64,000 nt of DNA, from assembly GCA_965644265.1 (NCBI GenBank), contig OZ286475.1:44888001-44952000 (forward strand), read 5' to 3'. The translations under genes were made by a program, and so were the position numbers. A model generated the notes under the pieces. That model ran no database searches, was not told the DNA's origin, and was given only the letters and a program-made list of their open reading frames with translations. Within the stretch, counting starts at the first letter, position 1. Each line of letters starts with the position of its first letter. This stretch comes from Glycera tridactyla (taxonomy: Eukaryota). Of the stretch, positions 39,428-51,249 are shown in pieces.

Positions 39428-39983
39428 CTAGTAGAGATAGTTGCATACAGAAGGCAGGTCATTTCTCTTGTATTAACGAATGGGTCCTCAAGTAGGTTTT
39501 GGTTTGTCTATGCTTGTCCGGGGGAGAAGTTGGTATTGCACTGGTCAGCTTGCGGGTGTATACCTGCTGGGAAGTAGGGCCGGCGGGGGGGGGTGTGGCC
39601 GTGGGAGAGCGGCAATTATCATGGGCGATCATTGCTTGTTTTGCCGGTTGTGCGATGTTATTACCTGAGAGTTCTTGAGGACTCCTCACAACACTTTTAT
39701 ATTTAGGGCATATGAGTTGATAACCTTTAGTGGGTTTTCGCGATATTCATGGATGCGAGTGGCAAATAATATTCACAACTGTAGAGCTCGGTTGACAGCG
39801 GGTTGTTCTGCTTACAAACCAACGTCCATTTGACTTGTTTTGTAGGGTTCATTTTTCACATGTATCACACTAGAGAAATACAAAATTTTTGTTATTCAAG
39901 TGGTAACACTTACTCGTTCCGGATTGACATATCGTGTAAAGTTCCGGCGATATATGGGAACATAAGCCATGTTTTTCTGGTGT

Positions 39984-40442
39984 TTAGAATCGGAGTTGCC
40001 GTTGTGCTGCCCACGGTGGTCTTATGTTGTTGTGCCAGCTATTTGTGTTTAGGGGCGGTTGACCTAGTGGGGGGAATTCTGGGTTAAGCCACGGGTCGCC
40101 GTAGCTCACCTGCTGCATATGCATTAGTGGGCGTGGTTGCATGTGCGCCTGAATGGTGTTACGTGTAAATTGGGCATTTGGTATATCTGTCTGTCTGTTT
40201 ATTAAGCGGCCTTGGTATCTGTTTCTGCCTTGATAACTGCGTATACCCACGTTATTCTGTCTGTTTTCGTAGTGATACTGCCTATCTTTGTCAGTATTAT
40301 TCTCGGTTGTTTGTTGGTCTTCTTGACCTCGCTTAATAGCGCTATATGTGTCATCAGACTCCACCAGGATAGGGGTTTCACTGTTCGGCTTTAGCGCCCA
40401 GACAATGCCATCACTTGTCCAAACCTTAGTGTAAGCATTTTG
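39984..40442 (-). CDS. LINE C ORF1 C-terminal fragment (5'-truncated)
   Basis: Frame is open to the insertion junction: QNAYTKVWTSDGIVWALKPNSETPILVESDDTY resembles the WTxDG motif of LINE ORF1 C-terminal domains, followed by an N/Q/R/P-rich tail. Confidence 0.6.
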   Translation of the reverse strand, partial: QNAYTKVWTSDGIVWALKPNSETPILVESDDTYSAIKRGQEDQQTTENNTDKDRQYHYENRQNNVGIRSYQGRNRYQGRLINRQTDIPNAQFTRNTIQAHMQPRPLMHMQQVSYGDPWLNPEFPPLGQPPLNTNSWHNNIRPPWAAQRQLRF

Positions 40443-41489
40443 GCGAGAGATTCACCTGACACAAACAGGGCCATGTCATCGGCATAGAGAAATTGGGTTG
40501 TTACACTTAGACACGATTCTAGGGAATTCACATAGAGTATGAATAATAGCGGACCAAAAATCGATCCTTGCGGAACACCATGAGTGATGGGTGAGAAACT
40601 AGACAAGGATTGGCCCACATGCGTCGCTTGAGTGCAGCCTGATAAGTACGATGCTAACCAATTAAGACACTTGACACCAAATCCGAGTAGATCAAGTCTT
40701 GTTAAACCGTAAAAGGTTGAGTCTGAATGTCAAAAAGAATAAGGTAATGGCATTTGGTACGAGACAACGAATCAAGAAGTATCACAGGTGGAGACCTTTA
40801 GGTATCTGGGTATTGTCTTGGACAGTAATCTAACTTTTGCAGCTCATGCTGAGGACATCAGGGGAAGAACAATGGGAAGGGTGGGTGTCTTGGGCAGGCT
40901 CAGGGGAATATCAAGTCGGAATATTTCCCTGACCGTGTACAAGACACTCATCCTTCCTGTTTTCTATTACTGTGATATTGTCTACGACAATCTGAGCATG
41001 GCTGACACAAGTAAGTTGCGGAAAATCCAAAACAAAGCGTTCAGAATAATCACAAACCATATACCAGAACTTCTGCATTACATATTGATCTGAATATGCC
41101 ATACTTGGATTGTCGTAGAGAGTATCACACAATAATCCATGTGAACAAAATTCTATGTGGTGACCTTCACCCTCAGTACACTCCTCTGGCTTCGTACTTA
41201 ACAACGACCCATGAGTACCACACCAGATCACAGACTAAACAGTACTTGTCCTTCAATATGCCTAGGGACAAAGTTATGGAATACCTTTACCAACCGACAT
41301 GATGATTTTGAAAGCCTTGCTCCAAAGCTCTTCAAAAATCAGTTACTAAAGTTGAGAAGGTGTAAACTCATTGGTTAAGAAAGTGTACACTCTCAGCTCA
41401 CTTACCAAGGCAACCTCAAAATTATTTTATCATTATTTTAATTACCATGTGTTGGCTAGGCTTCCCTAATAGTTTGAGTTATAAGCAAC

Positions 41490-42085
41490 CGCCATTCCTC
41501 GTCTCCATTCGGGTCTTTCATATCTCATCATACCTCTAATTCATTCATTAACATTACTGATAATTTTCGCTTAATTCATTCATTATCACATGATGGTGTT
41601 GTGTGTGCCTTATTTGTAATTTGTGTGAATTTTTTTCGTCAATTTGAAAACGCCTCATTATGAGGTACATTTATTTTGTATACTGCATTGCTGTATATTT
41701 GTTGACGGAAGAAAAGAAAGTAACAAACAAACAAACAAACACATCCAACGCATTGCCGATAACTCCAAGCCTCATGCGGTATATCATGCGCCATTCCTCG
41801 TCTCCATTTTGGTCTTTCATATCTCATCATACCTCTAATTCATTCATTAACATTACTGATAATTTTCGCTTAATTCATTCATTATCACATGATGGTGTTG
41901 TGTGTGCCTTATTTGTAATTTGTGTGAATTTTTTTTCGTCAATTGGAAAACGCCTCATTATGAGGTACATTTATTCTGTATACTGCATTGCTGTATATTA
42001 GTTGACGAAAGAAAAGAAAGTAACAAACAAACAAACAAACACATCCAACGCATTGCCGATAACTCCAAGCCTCATGTGGTATATC
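41490..42085. repeat. Tandem duplication, 2 x ~300 bp, spanning the LINE A 3' junction
   Basis: Each unit contains LINE 3' UTR, the (CAAA)n tail and ~50 bp of host flank homologous to 6240-6285. Confidence 0.85.
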
Positions 42086-43284
42086 TGGTATTGGTTGCTA
42101 GAGAATTGTGACATGCAGAAAGTGCCATATCTCCATCACAATGATCTCATTGTCACACCACTCTTTCCAATTCTGCCTCTTCAACTCTTCAATAGAACTT
42201 ACAGTTCGTGTGCTTTGAGAATTTGTAATTTTGCCACCTTGTATCTAGAGATTCTTCCAATTGTACCATGCAGAGACTGCCCCCTCTCCTTAGTGATGTC
42301 CAAATGTCGACGCCTCTCTGCCTAATGCTGCCTCTCCCATTCGCCAATAAAGCTCCACCAATAGTGCTTCAAGGAGTTTGAGTTTGTTACACTGAGTTGG
42401 GTGCTCAGTATAGCCGCTCTTTGATGACGAAGCCACATGCCCCATAGGTTGCGAGCCACGTCATTATGAATCATCATGTGTTGATGATACTATCACCATT
42501 TTGATGACATCTTGATCTTGATGGGATTAGAGTATCCCTGATACTTCTTCTCTAGAGATATTTTTGTATCTAAGATTTGATGCACATATTGTATCATATC
42601 TCAATAGGAATTTGTCATGGTGATGTGATTAAACTATCATGGGGCCTGGGGAAGATTCATTGATCCATGATGCAATATTACGCTGCAATATAGATACATA
42701 GCCTTTAGAACAGGAAAGGTTATATGTAGGGTGAATATTTGGTATTGAAATGAAATTATAACATACCTTGGCCTGACCAAAGGGGACAGGTAAACATTTT
42801 AAGCCTTTGAAGCTTTGTTTTGCTTCACTGACCTCAAGCCGCCACTATCGATGTGAATGACCAACATTTAACAGCAGAACTATTCAGTACCATGTGTTAA
42901 AAAAGTCAGATCATGATTTGGCCGTGATGTACTTAGGGTGAAGAAATTATGTCATTCCAGTATTCAGGTCAAGGCATTATCACATATTCCCATGCTCTAC
43001 TACTAGTGATGATCAATAGCACAATCAAGGTTTTTGGGCATGAAATATGCTGATGCTTGTCATTCATTGAATGAAATTGTTTCCTCGCCGGAACACTGAA
43101 TGCTTTTTTTTATCGGAATGCATTTTGTGACATTTTTACTCTGACCACTCTGCAGCTGAGATTTATCCAATAATCTAAATAAGATCGCAAAGCAGCTGAA
43201 TGCAACCAATAATGCGGATTTTGAAGAAAAATAGGCATGAGAAAGGTGTAAAGCCGAGGCGATATAGAATTATTTCTAAATCAT

Positions 43285-45984
43285 TAGTCATCACATCGCT
43301 GGTGGCCATTGAAATTATAAGGAAGTTGTGCAGAAGAGGCAACACAGAATCAAATATTGATGTTGAAAATAGACAAATATCCAAATCATACAAATCCTCA
43401 TTAAAAACAAGCAATCTAAAACAAATCATAACAAGATACACCAGGGTTGCCATGGGGTCCAAGACTTTAATTGATCATGTTGTGGTAAACAATGTTGAAA
43501 TGTATCATCAAACAGGGGTGGTGGAGACAGGTCTATCTGATCATAGTATGATAATAGTCTGTAGAAAACGTCCACCGATTTCACGTAAAACTGAATATGT
43601 ATACTTTAAAGACTATAAAAACACCAATTTCAGTGAAATCAAGAAAGGCCTATTAGAACATGACTGGACTGAATTTTATAATACCACAGACACGGATACT
43701 TGCACCAATATACTGCACCAGACAATAGGTGAGATGCTTGACCGTCATGTCTCTCTAAAGAGATATCGAGTCAATGAAAATTGGCCCAAATGGCTAAATG
43801 GGGAATATATGGACCTCATTAGGGATAGAGAGCATGCAAGCAGAAATTTCAAACTCACGAATACTGAAGAAAATAGACTCTTGAAGAAACATTTAGAAAA
43901 ACAATGTAAAAAACTAAAAAAGAAATTGCAGAAACAGTACATAGAGAATGCCTTTGTTGAACATTCGTCAGATTCAAGAAAACTTTGGGAAACGATAAAT
44001 AGTTTTTGGGGCAAAGGAAAGGGGAGCACAAATATAGTGAAAATAGGAGATTGTTCAGATAATATGGAAATAGCAACAAAGCTTAATAATTATTTTTGCA
44101 CAGTAGGAGTGAAATTGAGCAATCAAATCAGAAATGATGGCATTGATGCACTAAATAACTTCCCTTGTAATTTAAGAAATACATTGACACTTTATGAAAC
44201 GAATATCACAACAGTCATAAATCTAATAGGCAAACTCTCACCATCAAAATCAGGCAAGGACGATGGTTTACCAACTAAAGTGATAAAGGAATGCTCAGAA
44301 GAACTGTCTCCACTTCTTTGTCATCTGTATAATGTTAGTATCTGTAATGGTTACTTTCCAACAAAATGGAGGTCAGCAACTGTGATCCCACTTCTTAAGG
44401 AAGGTAATCGCTCATTGGAGTCCAATTACAGACCAATCAGTCTGCTGTGTACCATAAGCAAAATACTAGAGAAAATAATACATTCTCAGGTTGCCCTATA
44501 TTTTGAGACCCATGGTCTACTGTGTCAGGAACAGACAGGGTTAAGGGAGGGTTGCTCCTCTGGCACATGTCTACTGGAATTTCTCGACAAACTTTATTTA
44601 AATATAGAATCAAGAAAGACCAGTGGAGTGCTCTTCCTGGACCTCAAGAAGGCTTTCGACACGGTGGATCATGGGTTGCTTCTACAAAAACTAGAGAGAT
44701 ATGGAGCTGATCCCATATGTATTTCCTGGTTCGAGAGCTATCTATCGGATAGACGTAACCAGGTGAAAGTCAATGGAGTGACATCAGAGGAAGAATTCAT
44801 ACGCTGTGGGGTGCCACAAGGATCCACGCTGGGACCTTTATTATTTTCGATTTATGTGAACGATATAACATACCATATGAAGGGTCCCAGTGTGAATCTA
44901 TTTGCGGATGATACCGCTATCTTGGTTGAAGACACATCCCCCCAGAATTTGAAGAGGAAATTAGAAAATTCACTATTAGAGGTTTCAACTTGGCTAAAAA
45001 GAAATAAATTAAGTCTTAATACCAAAAAGACAAAGATCATGATATTTGGAAGTAAACAGAGTATATCGAAATGTGATTTTAATATATCGCTCGGATCAGA
45101 TATCATATCCCAAGAACAAACTTTCAAATATCTGGGGGTGGTGTTGGATGGCCAATTGAAATTCAATCATCATGCTGAACATATCAGGAAGAAAACGATT
45201 GTTAGGACGGGGGTACTGGGGTGACTCAGGGACTACTTAGTCAAGGCACGTCCCTGATGTTATACCGGTCCCTTGTCCTACCATTGTTTGACTATTGTGA
45301 CATTGTCTACGACAGTCTGGGACTGGCAGATGCAACAAAGCTACAAAGAGTCCAAAATAAAGCATTGAGAATAATTACAAAAAGTCCACCAAGAACAAGA
45401 TCTATTGAAGTGCATCAGCAAGTTGAACTGCCTTTCCTTGACTGTCGTAGACAGTACCACACCCTATTACAAAATAATGATGGGAGAGGTACACCATCAG
45501 TACACACCACTATGTGCTTATCCACCAGTATCCCATTATAATATCCGTTCGAAAGAGAAACCATTTCTTGATGTCTATGTGCCTCGTACCAAACAGGCAG
45601 AGGGTTCCTTTCGTTTTAGAGGACCCAATATTTGGAATAATTACTTGAGAAACCATGTAGATGCAACATTTTGCGAAACCGAAAGCTTTAAACGACAACT
45701 TAGCCATTTTGTCAAAATCTGATTGAATACTAGTAAGAAAAATAGAACAATATATCGTTGGAATATACTGAATCAGTTTATTGAAATAATATGTCAAATA
45801 TACAATATCATCATCATATAATCATAAATAACAACCCATTCATCTCATTACTAACATTCATTGAAAGTATGTAACAATTGGTATTTGTGTTGATTATCGT
45901 CGGACCGGGAAAGCCCCAATATGATGGGGCAAATGTTTATATACATCTGTATGACGATTTAAAATAAAGAATTATACTATATAC
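43285..45984 (+). mobile_element. LINE D (CR1/L2 group, truncated within EN); ORF2 nearly intact
   Basis: TLIDHV, SDH, DLKKAFDTVDH, GVPQGSTLGPLLF, FADD, YLG. In-frame TGA at 45222-45224 and a frameshift near 45470. 14-bp direct repeat TATTTCTAAATCAT at 43271-43284 and 45985-45998. Confidence 0.92.
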
Positions 45985-48900
45985 TATTTCTAAATCATCA
46001 TTTTCTCATTGATGCTAACCATTGACATCATGATGGACGTGTACAACAGTGATGACACTATATCAATTCTAAAGCCCCAGAGAAAAAATTGAAGATAAAG
46101 GAAAACCTGGGTGGAGAGACTGATCCATGAAACATTTGGCTGTGACCCTCCCATAATTCATGATTTGCCTATACCTCCATCAGGACACTTCATCATGCTG
46201 GAGTCTTAGGTAAAAAAGCTCAAAAAGTTTGTCTATTACATTGATACAGTCGATTTTTTGGCCCAACCACTTCCTGCCTGGATTATTCCATCATCATACA
46301 AATATGCTTCTCTTTCTGTTTAACAGATACAAGGTAGGAGAGCTGCATAATTGATCAAACCTTTCATATTGGTTTGATTTGTGGTAAGACTTATTAATTA
46401 CTCCAAACTTGTTTGTCAAAGATGGTTCACATACATGTTAGTGTCTATGATGTGTGCACATGAAAGATCCACTCTGTGATTTCAGAAAGGTGTAGAGAAG
46501 ATGGCTCATAAAACGTCTTAAAATCTTCAATCTAATGGTATGCTTTCTCACAAAGAGAAATACTCTTCACTTTCAATACTAGTTATTGTTCATGAAATAA
46601 AATTGAGATTTGACCCAGTTTTTCCAAATGTAAAATCAGTCAGATTCAGTTGAAAAAGCATTAGGCATTTTTCGATCAAGAAGATTCATTGGAAATATCG
46701 GAATAACTGCAGATGTGGAGACAGAAACCACCTGACAGAGGTCTTGACTTCGAGGTTGACTTTTACTATTCTACACCAGGCACCATGTATTTGATGAAAA
46801 AAGGTGATATTCATTGCGCCCAGAAGAAATCACATACAGACATTGAGAATTGTGGCGGGGATTGTGTTCTAAGATGGTCTTGACCATTGAACTAATGATA
46901 ATGGTATACGAGGGAGTGATACAACATCGGCACTATCTCCTGTAATGGGAATCGAGGGATACAGAGATAGTTGAATTGCGACACGGACCAGTCGCAACTA
47001 ATAGAGACTTATGATAGCAAAGTAACTTGAAAAAACTATTATTGTCCATCATTGCTGCTGAAATGCAGAGTCGCTTCTGCATATCACTGTCATTATCTCT
47101 TCCTATTCACTGATGACTTTTTCTTTTCACCTTGTATGTATGGTTGTATGGCATCATGTATAATGGCTTGTTCTCAAAGAAGGGGAAATACTTTCCCGGA
47201 ACTCCACTTAGAGAGTCTTTCCGAATTCAAATATAAATTTTGTGATCTGTGATGACAATATTATCCTTGATGCTGTGGGAGCATGTGTCATGATACTATT
47301 CTCCCGATGATTGTAAACCGAAAGGTCGTTCCTATCATTGGATTGTAATAACTCGACCAAGCAATATGAATTACATGGGACACGCCCAAAAAATGATGCA
47401 TGATTAGGAATTATCTGCCGGTTTCCGATGATGATGATTGTGAAAGTGATTGTTAGATGACAGGATAGGATGACAACTTTCTTCAAAAATCCTAATGTTT
47501 TTTTTCGAGTATTTTCGCGTACAATGCTCCACAACTGCCACAATGATGAATCCGACAGAGCTGACAATTCTAGGTGAATATATGAACTCAAATATGATAA
47601 AATGTTATTGAAATTCAGAGTATTGTATTTCGTAAACCGCCTGCGGATGAATGAGTGTACTTGTTGGTGTGTCATTACACTGGAGATATGAGAGCCAATG
47701 TGCAATTACTGGAAATCATATGCTTCATTCGATTAGCTTCAATTCATGGATTTCAACGGTGAAAATTGGCTTCCCAGATGATGTATACACGAACCACCAA
47801 TCCCTCCATACTTGGCACATTAACGCTGCATGGAACCTGGATACACCTAACATTGCTCGAAATTGTTTTGAATTTCTTTCAAAGTGTTTGGACACTAAGA
47901 AGCAACATGCGTGCAAAAAAATAAAATGAATTCCAGTATATATCACATACATCAAAAATATCTTTTCAGCTTTATCCATCTGAAGCCTGATTGGGAAGAT
48001 CACTCTCATGGAAATTAGTTACCTTCCTCTGATTCTAAATGGTAAAAAACGCTTCAACTAGGCTATATTGAGAACAAGAGATCCATGTGAGGAAATGTCT
48101 CATAAAACGCGATGTTCAACTCATCTCTACTGTATACCACCTATCCATTTCTGGTGATTGCTTGTTCTTCAGAAGCGAACTTGTGCAGGTATATGCGAAG
48201 CAATCTGATAGAGAATGCAATGTTTTGATGGTGTATCCCAAACGGTGGTGTTCGTCTTCAAGAGGAATTCATTTGTTTGATCCAATGAATTCACTCTTTT
48301 TCATCCGGAGAATGAAATGGGTTTCCAAATATTCACGGTGACAAATCACCCTTTTGGGGATTCAGGAGAGTGGCTATATTCGATACATGAACCACTAAAC
48401 TGCCAATGTAGGTTGCATGCCCACATGAAATGTGTCTCTAATTCTCTCATGCATCATTGCTCTAAAATGGTCCATTTCATTTGAGGTCAATTGTGTGCTT
48501 CTCGTTGAAGAAAGCCATGATCCCATTCGATGGCGGTGATTGGCAATCCTATGCTGCAATCTAATCAACCAATAGATGCGCATGGGGAAAAATCTTCGAG
48601 ACCAAGGCCAAGACCAAACATTCAGCCTTTCAATTCTAGCCACCCATTCACCCTTTATTATCAGTATGACATATAAACTCTATTCAACAATTAATGGTGC
48701 CATTCGTCATCAAATGATAACCCTTTTCAGAAGCTCTTGATGAATTGGAAACATAATGGTTAGTAGCAGCAAGAATGTGTGAGTGAGAATGAGTTGAAGC
48801 TGGCACTATTCCCATAGTTTTCATGGATTTGTTCCGAAATTCAAATTTCCAATCCGATATATAACTGAAGCTATCTCTCTATATTACCATACATCATGTG

Positions 48901-51154
48901 TATTCCAATATTGCAATAAGTTCAATAGATAAATGAAGGCTAAATCTGTATACCATAAGACCAGTGAAACATGAAAGCATTGTGAAATTTCTCATCATCC
49001 ACCTATTAATTCGTTTGAAATTGCCAGCATACTCTTGTCGATCAGCAATCACACATCTTTTGTATCTGCACTCCATTTTCAAACTGTGACATCACCATGA
49101 GTCTCCCCCAGAGCCTTCTCCATCTCTTCATCATATGGCTACGAGGAGTAATATGAGTACATCGTTGACTAATATTGCAAGCCAAGTGATTATCAAACAA
49201 TCTGAACACTAAGTATATAGTATCCAATGTCTCCGTTCCTGATACTTGAACCTGGAATTCACACACATCAGAACCGTTTATTTTCCTTCCAGACTTCTTT
49301 GAACGTAAAGCAAGTCTTCTTGTCAGTACTGAATATTGTAGAACAAACTTCCCTAGCCACTTGAATGAGGGGAAAATCTGCATGATAGTTTTTGCAAACT
49401 GGACGAATCCGCTACTTCTCTCATTGATGTTTACCAGTACAGGAAGTAGACTCGATCTCCTTGGAATTCTTCCTTATCTTTGCTAAAGCCTGGATTGTTT
49501 GCTATAACGTGATGCATATGGCATTGTAAATGTTAAGTTCGGGTGTGAATTTGTCACATGGTGGGTCAATAAAGGCTTCGTGAATTTCTAAAACAACAAT
49601 TTGATAACTCGGTCACCTCTTTCTTAAAGTCAGAGAGATTCTGATTAGTGCTTGAGTCGAATTGTTGATGGTCTTTATGATTGTAGGAAATCGTGGAAAA
49701 GTTTTTATTTGGCAAAAGTACAATGACCTCATAGGGTCATTTTGAATGCTTCTGATACCTACAGAACACAATGTCATTTTCAAAATCAGCAAAATGAGGT
49801 AAACGGAGAACAGAAATACAAAATGATCAAGCATACAATGCAATGAGAAGGCACTGACGGGCGATGATGAAATGATTGAGTAGACCGTGAAAGTACTCAT
49901 ACAACTCTGGGAGAGCACACATGTAATTACAGAGGGGGAAATAAGTTATCACGTAGACACTGCTCCCATGATCTGCATTTGAAACATATCTGGTATGTAG
50001 TTCCGTTTTGACAAATGGATGCCAGATTCTATCGATATGTCGTTTATTCCTCAGACTGCCCGACTGTTGACAACCAAACTATGATATGACCTGAGAGATG
50101 ATGAACCAACCTCTGTGGGTCTGAAGTTATGATGATGATTATGATAATATATGGAAGATAAAGGTGAGAATGTGCTCTTATTGATAGTACAAAGCCAAGC
50201 TTCAAGATCCCCAGAACTTTCATATATTGGTGAACTTCAGCCAGACTGCGATATCGATTTACTATGGCCTGAACAGGTTGCTTTGAGTCATGTTAAGAGA
50301 ACCGAGCAATCTGAATCATAAAAGTAGTTGTGAATCACATGTTGGAAAAGTGGTCTGGTTACTGACATCAATGGAGAGGTAGTGCTAGTTAGTGCTTTGA
50401 GCACTTCGATATGTCCCCGGGTTCCGTGACTGCTCAGAGACGAATCTTACTCAGCATCTCTAAAAGTTTTTATCTTATAATCGCTGCGAATCTTCCCAAG
50501 TGAAGCTGATTCCCGTTCTCCATGGTTCCTAAACTATGGGAGGTTCACTCGATAACGAATCAATGTGTGTGAAAGTCCACTCTAGCTGCACATGGAACTA
50601 GAGTCCTACATACATTATGCAGCTGGTTTCTGCGAGCGAGAGCAGCTTCGAGTAGCATGTTTAACTAGTAGACTAAAATACAAGATACATAATAGATGGA
50701 CTCATTATCCAGAACAACTCATCAATCAGTGATGATTTACCTCGTATGAATTGTTCAGAAGGGCTGATCGTGGTACTGGCACTCTTGCCAAAGCTCAAAA
50801 TGCATCTATTCAGATATGACTCTGCGATATATAATATATCTGGGCGTTTTACACTCGGTTCTCAGCACCTATTCCCTTATCCCCCCTCCATCAGGATGTA
50901 GTACGAAACAGAACAGAACATTTCCAATCTAACAGCTGTTGACATTCTGTGTATTGATTGCACCGCAAAAAAAATAGTGAGCTAGAAGCGAGGCGATTCT
51001 TACTAGCCCCTGATTCAATACTGGCCAGGTGGCAAATATTGACAGGGTATACATTACTATTGTGACTCCCGTTCTGTCGGTATTCCTGTCATGGGCTCAA
51101 TCTTGCTCCATACAATCCTTCCGGACTGCACATATGACACTATTCAAGAATTCA

Positions 51155-51249
51155 CATTCACGATGTATGGATGTGCTGTAAATTATAATCAGATGCGCTT
51201 CCATTGCTGGAAGTAACTGCCTCTCTTCACCAGTCTATCTACGTACATA
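51155..51249 (-). repeat. Inverted near-identical copy of 63822-63916
   Basis: The reverse complement of 63822-63916 matches with few mismatches; both copies abut N blocks. Confidence 0.9.

Larger units (their letters stand above)
33154..40443 (-). mobile_element. LINE C (CR1/L2 group, 7.29 kb, truncated within ORF1): ORF1 fragment, SGNH esterase frame, EN-RT ORF2
   Basis: CGA direct repeat at 33151-33153 and 40444-40446. AATAAA plus (AAATC)n tail at ~33154-33190. Removing the element restores LINE B in frame. Confidence 0.85.
31873..40698 (-). mobile_element. LINE B (CR1/L2 group, 5'-truncated), split into 40447-40698 and 31873-33150
   Basis: GVPQGSIFGPLLF...YADDMALFVSGESL joins DDVERYLNCDLARISTWF...YKYLGV. 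AATAAA plus (TTCAA)3 tail at ~31873-31897. Confidence 0.87.
31597..41740 (+). mobile_element. LINE A (CR1/L2 group, 5'-truncated), split into 31597-31872 and 40699-41740
   Basis: Left piece: GVPQ*SILAPLLF...YADDTA...RKLETSLENVSE. Right piece: LLNRKRLSLNVKK...FRYLGIVLD...YCDIVY. Joining at the shared TTG restores the frame. (CAAA)n tail at 41722-41740. Confidence 0.85.

Noticed and set aside
40391-41380. Twin-priming 5' inversion of one LINE (minus RT fragment abutting a plus RT fragment)
   Set aside because: The minus fragment joins in frame to LINE B at 33150 and the plus fragment to LINE A at 31872; nesting explains both.
43200-43284. ATG at 43200 as the true ORF2 start
   Set aside because: This stretch aligns to host backbone (7335-7480) and precedes the TSD; it is a fortuitous fusion to a truncated LINE.
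47208-47705. 165-aa ORF as a host gene
   Set aside because: No recognisable domain, and the paralogous frame in unit 1 has several stops.
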